A DNA stretch of 52,204 bases, counting the filler, from Malassezia furfur (lineage: Eukaryota), in NCBI GenBank assembly GCA_052055015.1. It is 2 parts of 2 records of this genome, joined end to end, with 100 filler letters (N's around TTAATTAATTAA, not from the genome) between each part and the next. Parts side by side here need not be neighbours in the genome. Positions count along the whole stretch, not along the records: positions 26,327 to 52,204 come from JBQJIT010000131.1; 1 more part is not named here. One strand, written 5' to 3'. The notes below the pieces were generated by a model. The model was given only the letters and a program-made list of their open reading frames with translations. It ran no database searches and was not told where the DNA came from. Both the position numbers and the translations under genes were made by a program. This document shows, piece after piece, positions 32,799 to 41,654 of the stretch; positions within the stretch are counted from its first letter, which is position 1, and the number at the start of each line of letters is the position of its first letter.

Positions 32799-34430
32799 TC
32801 ATAACAGTCGCCGCTTGAAATCCGACTCCCAGTAGTCACGATCCCAATCGTTTGTGTTGGGCGTGAAGATGCGATCAATCGCAAAGTAGGCCGCAATGAG
32901 CGCCACAATGATCGCTGCAAGGACCACCCAGGCGATCGCCTGGAAGATGTGCACCTTGTGTTCATCCACGGTGCCCACCTCCTTCGGCGTTTCTTTGGAC
33001 TTGGCCTGATGCGGCTTTCCATAGGTATCGCTGCGGGTCGCGTTGTAGTCCTTTCCGAAGATGAAGTCCAGCGACGAGGTAGCCGCAATCATCGGGTAGT
33101 CCTGATGCGAGACGCCCGCGACGAAACCTAGAGAATGATTCGCAGGCCAGCCATTATTGAGAGAGCTGAGCATCGAAACAAAGTTGGTACCTCGCTCCAA
33201 GTGATTGGCACCTTGGTACTGTGCCTGACAATGCGTGTCACCGGCACCATTATCGAGCAGCGCCAACCCGTAGTGAATCTGCTTTTGAAGGAAACGCTGG
33301 ACAAACGGCTGGGTATCTTGCATGACCTCACTCCGCGCGTACTTGGGGATCACACTAAGGTTGTACCCCAGGCCATACGGCCAGCGGTTCTTCAGCTCCA
33401 CAGGATCACACTGAAGCGGAGCATTGGTCACGGCCTGCGTGTCGTTTTGGAGCCACGGCCAGGAACCGGGGTTTCCAATCCAGTACTTGACGCTTGCATC
33501 GTACTTCTTTTCCCGCTTCAGCAACGCATAACGCGCGACGGCCTGTCCACCCATCGAATGGCCGGCCACAACGAGTTGATTCACCTTGGGGAACAACGTC
33601 TGGTTCATGGCCATGTCCAGGATTTTGTCCATCGCCGAGTAAAACGATACCGAGTGCGTCAAGTTGGGATAATGCGTCACACCACCCATTTGCCAGATCG
33701 ATGAGTTGTACGCTGCCCAATTGGCCTCGACACCTCCAGCGGCTTGGTCATCGAGGTTTAACACCGTGGGCGCAATGATCATCACCTCGCCTTGCTTGAC
33801 GCCGTACAGCGACTGGTTGTAAACCCAATTCCGAGCGTTGTAAAACAGGTTCGCGTACTTCCACGAGTCACGCGGCTTACCCGGAAGCGCAACAATCACA
33901 CGTTTTACCTGTGTATAGTCGACGTCGTCGGAGATAAAGTAGGGCTGCACCACTCCCATAGTACTCGTGCCATTCTCCATCGTGAAAGTCTGGTTCGTAA
34001 TTTGCAATGACGTATTAAGGACAAATCCTTGGAAAGTTGGCGGAATCCAGGACCACCCTTGGTTGTTATCACCCATGGGTACATTGGTGGTTTGCGTAAA
34101 TGGGAAGTTGCCATTGTCGAACCAAGTGACCTGTCCTTCGTCACCGTCCTCACTTTGAATAATCTGGCCATACTGTTGTTGAGCCCACGTCGGTTCATCC
34201 TGATTGAGATTCGGGAAGGACTTGACAAGAGTAATGGCACCATCTGGGTCGGTGGCAGACATGTTTGCCGCTTGCTGCTGCTGATCTGTTGAACCCTGGC
34301 GTTTGGTCAGACGAAATTTCCGCTCATCCGCCCTAGCGATCCTCAGCCGTCCCGCAGCTGACTCGGCCACCGCCATATTGCCGATGACGTATAACACAGC
34401 GAGGAACAACCATGTCCTCGGGATCGTCAT
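32799..34430 (-). CDS. Secreted/membrane-anchored alpha/beta hydrolase, paralog 1
   Basis: Signal peptide, KR dibasic site, PGKPRDSW, GHSMGG, YWIGNPGS, GVSHQDYPM and a C-terminal TM helix. Confidence 0.8.
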   Translation of the reverse strand: MTIPRTWLFLAVLYVIGNMAVAESAAGRLRIARADERKFRLTKRQGSTDQQQQAANMSATDPDGAITLVKSFPNLNQDEPTWAQQQYGQIIQSEDGDEGQVTWFDNGNFPFTQTTNVPMGDNNQGWSWIPPTFQGFVLNTSLQITNQTFTMENGTSTMGVVQPYFISDDVDYTQVKRVIVALPGKPRDSWKYANLFYNARNWVYNQSLYGVKQGEVMIIAPTVLNLDDQAAGGVEANWAAYNSSIWQMGGVTHYPNLTHSVSFYSAMDKILDMAMNQTLFPKVNQLVVAGHSMGGQAVARYALLKREKKYDASVKYWIGNPGSWPWLQNDTQAVTNAPLQCDPVELKNRWPYGLGYNLSVIPKYARSEVMQDTQPFVQRFLQKQIHYGLALLDNGAGDTHCQAQYQGANHLERGTNFVSMLSSLNNGWPANHSLGFVAGVSHQDYPMIAATSSLDFIFGKDYNATRSDTYGKPHQAKSKETPKEVGTVDEHKVHIFQAIAWVVLAAIIVALIAAYFAIDRIFTPNTNDWDRDYWESDFKRRLL

Positions 34431-34954
34431 GGTTACCCGGTACCGAACGTGAGGGAGACTCGTCGCGGTTAACGTCGAGGGAAAAGACCGTGACCCATGC
34501 CCTGAGTCCCCTGCCTTGGAACTAAGCCGCGCGACGCGCCTTGGGTGGACGTTCGCAATGCAGGGCATGCAGCACGGGGGGAATGCCTGCCCGTCCCAAC
34601 ATGCCTTTTTCTCATTGGTGCGCTAGCCCTTTGCTGCGAACCTGTCGGGGAGTTATGCCATTGTGCAAACTCCGCCGCTACAATCTACAATTCCAGGGGC
34701 CTTGCACCCAACTGGTCGGTGGAGGCAACGCGGCTTGTGGCTATGCCAGAAATTCGACGATCGCTATTGCACGGTGTAGGCGGTGCTCTGGCGTAGAACT
34801 TGTGATCGTCGCGTTTATGCGCAGATCTCAAGGCGCCTCCACCGCTGGAGGGGCGCACAGATCTCATGGCCAATCGTAGAAATAATCAAGTGTCCATTAG
34901 TTCACCTTAACTAGAGACAACAACCAATTGCGAGTCATATAGTTCCACATTGTC

Positions 34955-36283
34955 TTAAAACCCATTGCCAAAGATGAAATCCAGCGACTCTGTGGCCGCA
35001 ATCATCGGGTAGTCTTGGTGGGAGACACCAGCAACATACGAGACGGCCTGCGTCGGGGGGAATCCGCCGTCTTGCTTGCTAAGCATCTCAACAAAGTTTG
35101 CGCCTCGCTGCAGGTGGTTTGCACCCTGGGTGTACGACTCGCAGTGCGTATCACCCGAACCATTGTCCAGCAGACCAAATGCGTAGTGGATTTGGCGGCT
35201 GCGGAAACGATTCACCATATCGCCTGTCGTTTCGCCGCCGTGAAGCATGCTCCGAACGTATTTAGGGAAGTTGGAATCGGCATCAAGACCGTAGGGGAAC
35301 TTGTTGGTGCTGCCATCACAATCGCCACCGGTGGGCCTGTCCGCCGTGAGCCAAGTGAACGATCCGGGGTTGCCGATCCAGTAAAGAACGTCACCGTCGT
35401 TGTCCTGGCCGTGACGGAATAGTGCATAACGCTGAACGGCCTGTCCACCCATCGAGTGGCCACCCACAACGACCTTCTCCAGGTTAGGGTAAACCGACTT
35501 GTCGAGAAGCATGTCAATCATTTTGTCCAAGGCAGTGTAGAAGGATACGCTCGAGTCAGCCGCAGGGGCCTGCGTAGATCCACCGAATTCCCAATTGGAC
35601 CCACCGTAAACTGCCCAGTCCGAACCGTCACCTCCCGTAGCACCGGCAGCTTGGTCATTGGTGTTCAGCACAATAGGCGCCACAATGATTACCTCGCCTT
35701 CTTGGATGCCATAGAGCGACTGGTTGTACACCCAGTTCAGCGCATTGTTGAACAGGTTGGAATACTTCCACGAATCACGCGGCTGCCCAGGCAGAGCAAG
35801 AATAGCGCGCTTGACATTCGTCGCATTGAAGTCGCTGGTAATGTAGTAGGGCTGCACAATCCTTGTGTCGCCGTCCGAGATAACCAAATCTGTGTTCATT
35901 TTGAAACCCTCAAACGAGGTCGGAATCGACGTCCATCCATCACTCGAGCCGTCAACGCTGACTGTATCCGTGAAAGGAAAGTCGCCGTTATCGAACCAGG
36001 GAACTTGAGAACTGTCCCCGTAGTTAGAAACCAACAATCCATTGCTTTCCTTCGCAAACGTTGATGCATCAACGTCGCCCAAGTTGGGCATTTCGAGGAC
36101 TTCGTTGGTCGCACCAACGAAGTCAGGGTACGCCTGAGACTGGATTGCTTGCTGTTGTTCGATGCCATACTGACGACGGGTTAAGACGGTATCAACCTTG
36201 TCGTTTGCCTTCAAAGGGGCGCTTTGTACTAGGGTTGCCAAGCACAAGCCGCAGGTCGCGGCAAAACAAAAATACTTCATCAT
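34955..36283 (-). CDS. Secreted alpha/beta hydrolase, paralog 2
   Basis: Signal peptide, RR site, PGQPRDSW, GHSMGG, YWIGNPGS, GVSHQDYPM. No TM. Confidence 0.8.
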   Translation of the reverse strand: MMKYFCFAATCGLCLATLVQSAPLKANDKVDTVLTRRQYGIEQQQAIQSQAYPDFVGATNEVLEMPNLGDVDASTFAKESNGLLVSNYGDSSQVPWFDNGDFPFTDTVSVDGSSDGWTSIPTSFEGFKMNTDLVISDGDTRIVQPYYITSDFNATNVKRAILALPGQPRDSWKYSNLFNNALNWVYNQSLYGIQEGEVIIVAPIVLNTNDQAAGATGGDGSDWAVYGGSNWEFGGSTQAPAADSSVSFYTALDKMIDMLLDKSVYPNLEKVVVGGHSMGGQAVQRYALFRHGQDNDGDVLYWIGNPGSFTWLTADRPTGGDCDGSTNKFPYGLDADSNFPKYVRSMLHGGETTGDMVNRFRSRQIHYAFGLLDNGSGDTHCESYTQGANHLQRGANFVEMLSKQDGGFPPTQAVSYVAGVSHQDYPMIAATESLDFIFGNGF

Positions 36284-36814
36284 GAAGCGAAGGATGTTTT
36301 GACAGTGTAGACGACCTGTATCGTCCTCATGTTTTATACCTCTGCATCCTAATCAACCCAACTCCATCAACAGCTTCTCACCGGTTACGACCAGCCGCCA
36401 AGAAATGGTTACGTGACCGCAAACCATGCAGCCAATGACAATCGCACTAATAATAGCTTATACACTTTTCTTGGCCTATGTCGGGTTGCAAGGGCCTGCT
36501 CGCTGGGGCATATCGGAATATTACCGGCGAAAGGAAGTCGATCCATTGCACAGATGCGGCTTTTGTGGAGGTAATTCAGCTTATCGCGAGAATCGCTCGA
36601 TATCCTAAGGGTGCATTGGTCACCGACTGCGCATGCTGGCTATCGGTATCGGCCCTACTCGCATACCGGCGGGCATTAAAAAAAATCCGACTGTCGCGCC
36701 GTCTATTATAAAATCATCTAAGGTGGAGGTGCGGAGCAACTAGAATACAAGCACCGAGAATTTTTGAGATCCTGAAGAGTTATTAAACGCAACTTGAAGG
36801 GAAGATCGACAGAC

Positions 36815-38140
36815 TCAGTCGTTCTTGGAGCTCATGATAAACTTCAATGCCTCGTAATGCGACAGCATAGGATAGTCCTGATGCGAGATACAGGTAGCGA
36901 AATCGGCACTGTGCGATTCAGGGAATCCTCCAAAGACGCTCTCAAGCGACTTGAGCCAGTAGGCACCACGGGAAAGGCGGTTCGGTCCCTGCGCTTCGGC
37001 AGCACATTTGGAAGAAGTGCCTCCGTTGTCGTCCATACCATACGAGTAGTGAACGCGGCGGTTCTTGAAACGGTTCAAGAGCTTCTTCTTGTTCCTGAAA
37101 TCACCCGTGGCATAATAGGGGTGAGATCCTTCAAGACCGTAAGGGAATTCATTATAGTCACTGCAGTTGCTTTGATAGCCGGAGACAGGGCGGTTTTCGT
37201 CCAGGTAAATGTAGGAGCCAGGGTTGCCGATCCAGTAGCTGACTTTGCTGTCGAAGTTGTCCGACTTGCGCATGAGTGCATAGCGTTGGACCGTCTGGCC
37301 ACCCATGGAATGACCAGCAACCACAAGGTGCTTGATGTTGGGGAAGTTCGTGCTGTTCAGGGCAAAGTTGACAAAGTGGTCAATGACCGAGTACGAGCTG
37401 ATTCCCTTGAAGCCGGACGGACCGCGCGTGGTTCCTGCCACCGCCCAGCCCGAGTCCTGGAAGTAAATTTCGTTCGAGTGAAGCGCACCACGTGCGTGGT
37501 CTTTCTGGTTAAAGAAGACAGGCGAGAGCATTAGTACACTGTCTTCCTTGACATCGAGCTCGGAATACTTCCTCGCAATGTTGTATGCATTGCCGATGAT
37601 GTTGATGTAGTTCCACGAGTCGCGCCATTGACCAGGAATGACAATCACTGCGCGCTCAATCTTTTCGGGGTTGTAGTCCGCATTAACATAAAACGGGGCG
37701 ATAGCCGAGTCATTGCCGTTAGTACGAACAGGCATAGTGCGGTTCAACTTGAAACCCGTAAGGAACTGAGGAAGATTAAAGTAGCCATCCTCGTAGTCTC
37801 CAAGGGCAAAGGGGCTCAGGTGAAGAGCAGCTCCGCGCGCCCACGGCACCTGCTCCTGAATGATGATCCCACGGCCAGGGACAATGTTTTGGTAGTCCCA
37901 CAGACCCTCGTCGGTGTTGAGCACATTCGGGATTTTCAATACTTCATCAGCAGCCGCGATGGGGTCCGTCTCGCTAAGCGTCGAGATGGATTTCTGGGCG
38001 CTACATGACGCTTGACGCGCCTGGAGCACCGGCGCTGTGTCGTGTGCACGCTTCTCCGCTGCGGTTTCCTCCGCAGAGGTGGAGACGATGCATGCCAAAA
38101 TGCCAAGGAGCAGCGCTGTCGGTTTGATGGCAGACCGCAT
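36815..38140 (-). CDS. Secreted alpha/beta hydrolase, paralog 3
   Basis: Signal peptide, KR site, PGQWRDSW, GHSMGG, YWIGNPGS, ISHQDYPM. Confidence 0.8.
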   Translation of the reverse strand: MRSAIKPTALLLGILACIVSTSAEETAAEKRAHDTAPVLQARQASCSAQKSISTLSETDPIAAADEVLKIPNVLNTDEGLWDYQNIVPGRGIIIQEQVPWARGAALHLSPFALGDYEDGYFNLPQFLTGFKLNRTMPVRTNGNDSAIAPFYVNADYNPEKIERAVIVIPGQWRDSWNYINIIGNAYNIARKYSELDVKEDSVLMLSPVFFNQKDHARGALHSNEIYFQDSGWAVAGTTRGPSGFKGISSYSVIDHFVNFALNSTNFPNIKHLVVAGHSMGGQTVQRYALMRKSDNFDSKVSYWIGNPGSYIYLDENRPVSGYQSNCSDYNEFPYGLEGSHPYYATGDFRNKKKLLNRFKNRRVHYSYGMDDNGGTSSKCAAEAQGPNRLSRGAYWLKSLESVFGGFPESHSADFATCISHQDYPMLSHYEALKFIMSSKND

Positions 38141-38630
38141 CGGTTACGACTTGGGAGGGAGCTGAGTCGTGCAATACGATCCAGGCGCTGTGGGACCCGT
38201 GACACTCCATATTTATGCTATATGCATTCAGGCAGCTAGGGCAAAGTGTCCCCGCGCCTATTTTCGTGACAGCTCATGTCGGTTGATGTTAATAAGCTGC
38301 GATGACGTTCATCGGTCGTGCGCAGTGTTTTTGCGGCAAATCTGTCAAGAATGGGTGGTGCCGGCCTGATACTCACCCAGGGACGATGCCTGGGCGGTTT
38401 CTCGGTAAATTATGGCCAATGAAACGTGTGGATTTACCAACTTGTAAACTAATTCTGCGTGCCGATGCGGCTCCAAATTAAAATTGCCGGCCCAATGCGG
38501 CAAATCAATATGATCGCAGGCGCAATTGCAGCAGCGCCGCGGATACATATCCACATGCATGGGTATGTCCCGCCCACCCAAAATAGCAGTGGGTGCCGAT
38601 GTCGTGAGTTTTACCGTGGCGCCGCCGTGC

Positions 38631-40854
38631 TTAACGGCTACGCGAAGTGCCCAGCCCCCGTTTTCCTGTCGCGTTAGTACACTGCTCCTGTCGCGGCGGC
38701 AGTAAACATACCAGCAAAGAGCCATTTGGGTTTGGACTCTTGGATGCGCCTGTCGGACTCGCCCGCGCGCGCCTCTTGGTTGCGCCCACGGATGCCCATT
38801 TCGTGAAGGTTTCGCGCCTTCTTTTCTTGTGCCTTGTCGCGGAGACCCTCCGACTGGCGGTTCCGCGCCGGAATACGGGCGGCACCAGCGCGAGCCGTGA
38901 TGGGACCGCCGACACGGTTGGTAGACGCCGTAGTCGAACTACTGCCGCGCGTGAGCGCCGCCGAGCGCTTAACGCCAGCTGCGCGGACCTTTTTCCGCGA
39001 GGGAGCGTCGTCCTCCTCAACAGACATAGCCTCGCTGGACGCGCCCTCGTCATCCTCGTTGTCGTCCATCGCCTCGTCCTCGTCGCTGTCTTGGCGGCTC
39101 TTGCGCTTGCCCACAAGGCCCTTGGCCTTGGCCAAGAGCTCGGCACGCATCTCAATATTACTGGGGTCAATACCCGCCGCGCGCATGTTCTCGGCCATCT
39201 GGGACAGCGTGCGGTGCTGCAGCTTGCGCGGCACTTGCGCGCGGCCCTGCAACGCCTTCTTGTTCTGTGCCATGAGCTTGGCCTTGTCCTTGCGGTCCTT
39301 GATACCCTGTGCGATAGCACGCATCTCCTCATCCTCGCTGTTCTGCTCATCCTCGCTTTCGTCGTAGAAACCGTCGGCTTCGAGCTTCTCCTCTTCACGC
39401 TCCAGCTTGTCGAGGGACGCCATAATATCAGGGTCGATAAAGTCGGCAATGTTCTTGCCCTCGTAAATCTCGGGAATCGTGTCATACTTCCACTCTTCGT
39501 TTGCAAGCAAGTAGTTCTTCTTCAGATCGATGTTGTGCACACCCGCACCGCCCTGCTCCTCCTGCTCGTCGCGCTCCGTCCGGCGGCGGCGGGGGTCGTT
39601 GATGTCAAACTTCTTGCGGCTACCGTCGGCAATCGCTGGGGGCACAAAGGGCTTGCGCTCGACATCGTCGCGGCGTTGGGGCGTCGCGACATGCAGGCGG
39701 TTCATGATCGAGTTGGCCTTGGGACCCTTGACCTTGCCCTCGACGCGGCTGGCGAGCAGCGTCTCACAGGCGTTCTGCTTTAGTTCCATGATGCCCTCGT
39801 CCGTAAAGGTGCTGATCTGCGCCAGGTGAACGTTGCCGTCGTCCAGCAGCCCACGGACCATGCCCGCACGCTCATCGTCGAGGTCTTCCAGCTTGGCCAC
39901 GTCGATCTTGTTGATGACCAGGAAGGTGGGCTTGTTGGCAAACAGCGGCTTGATGCTGTTGAATAGTTGCACTTGCGCCTCGATCGTGTAGCCACACTGC
40001 TCCGAGAGATCCATAAAGTACATGACTGCCGCACGCAGATGCGCCAGAGCCGTGATGGCCTGCATCTCAATCGTGTTCATCTCCTCCAGCGGGTGGTCCA
40101 GGATACCAGGTGTGTCGATGACCTGCCAGCGCAGGTACTTATAGTCCATGTGGCCCACAAACAGCGACTTGGTCGTGAATGCATAGGGCTGCACATCGAC
40201 ATCGGCGCGCGTCACCTTGTTGATGAAACTAGATTTGCCCACGTTGGGGTAGCCACAGATGACCAGCGTCCGCGTAGACGGGTCGATCGACGGCAAACGC
40301 GAGATATGCTGGCGGACCTGCTCAAGGTAGGCGAGTGGGTCCTTGTTGCGACGCATGATGGTGGCCATGCGACCAAGCGCCGCGCGCTTCAGTTGCTTAC
40401 AGCGGAACAAACTGTCACCAAACTTGATCAGACGGACATAGTCCTTGGCCACCTGCTCAATCAGATGCCGCGCCGTATTGATCTGGCCAAGCGCGAGCTT
40501 GTAGTGGTTCTTGTCGTACAGGACGCTGCGAAGGTTAGTACCAAACCCTAGGTGGGGGCCACTTACTTCATCAGTGAGGACGTGAAGGGGTGCAAGTTCT
40601 GCACGGTCAGCACCTTGGGCACACCTGGTACATACCTCAAGAACGGGGAACTCGTTCAGAATGCCCTGCAACTTTTCCACGAATGCATCCTTGGTGAACA
40701 TCACCTTGCGCATATAGAACGAGCGGATGCGTGTGATTTTGAAGCCGGGGTGAATCACCGTCGGCGTCTTGCGCTGGGTCTTGGACAAGACAATGTCCAG
40801 GAAATCATTAGCGGTAGGTACTGGCGCAATAGACGCCTTCAACGTTGCCGACAT
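38631..40854 (-). CDS. NOG1: Nucleolar GTP-binding protein Nog1
   Basis: Motifs LSKTQRKTPT, GYPNVGKSS, DTPG, NKID, KPKWLFAGKRG. Introns at 40599-40635, 40526-40566 (flanking a 32-nt microexon encoding NLHPFTSSLMN) and 38666-38711. Confidence 0.96.
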
Positions 40855-40910
40855 TGTGTCAACCAGGCACAGCAACCCAAAGACAAGTGCCCTCTGCCGG
40901 TGATGGCAAC

Positions 40911-41025
40911 AAAATTTGCAGCTGCGTTGCTGTGGAAATTTTTGGCACCCCCTTGCCTGACTAAACAGGTGGACCAATGCTGCTTGACGCCACCCCCCGA
41001 CCAAATTTTTTTTGGCAGCTAACCC
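40911..41025. promoter_or_regulatory. RRPE-like AAAWTTTT elements upstream of NOG1
   Basis: AAAATTT at 40911, AAATTTTT at 40936-40943 and AAATTTTTTTT at 41003-41013, in GC-rich surroundings upstream of a ribosome-biogenesis gene. Confidence 0.4.
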
Positions 41026-41654
41026 CAGCTATTGGCTGGATCTTACGGCACACCGCCAGGACGCGCGCTTAGTCAAGCCGGAAGAGAAAAAAGTGCACGA
41101 GCGCCCGGTGATACACGCCGCGCTGGGTTGTCAAGGCGAGAGCATTTATCGCCGTTGGACAGCCATCTAAGGGCACTACGGCCACATTACCGTCCGCGTC
41201 TTTTGTGTTTAGCCTAGAAAGTCCAGGTTTGTGCTACACTTGCTTGTGCGGAACTTTGCTTCGTTTTCCGCACTTGTTTTTTTGCTCAAAGTATGTATGC
41301 AGTGCCCCGCCGTTTCGGTGGGGCGACACTCAGCCCCTGAACATGTCTAACACCTGTTATCCAGATCATGCTTGAAGTGCTTATTCTGAGCTACAGACAA
41401 TCTATTATACCTACGAAATCGGTCAATTCGATTGACTATCCTACTAACCTTGAACATCAAACGTACTTTAATTTTCATCAAGACCTTGAGCTGGGGCATA
41501 CACCGCATACCCTTTGAGACAGGTTCTTCTTTCTGATTTTATTTGGGTTAAACAGGTACGATCCTCCTCGTGTCGTCGACCAGGTGCTGACCTTTTTGTT
41601 GCAGGAACAACCCGAGAACTGGTGCAAACGACGGACAGCAGGACGTTGCCCAAA

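Noticed and set aside
38674..41004. Uninterrupted 776-aa NOG1 ORF
   Set aside because: Two introns (37+41 nt) sum to a multiple of three and mimic an open frame. The conserved HPF microexon and GKRG terminus require splicing.
40855..41520. AT-richer intergenic region as a possible centromere
   Set aside because: Short, only moderately AT-rich, and explained as a divergent promoter and leader.
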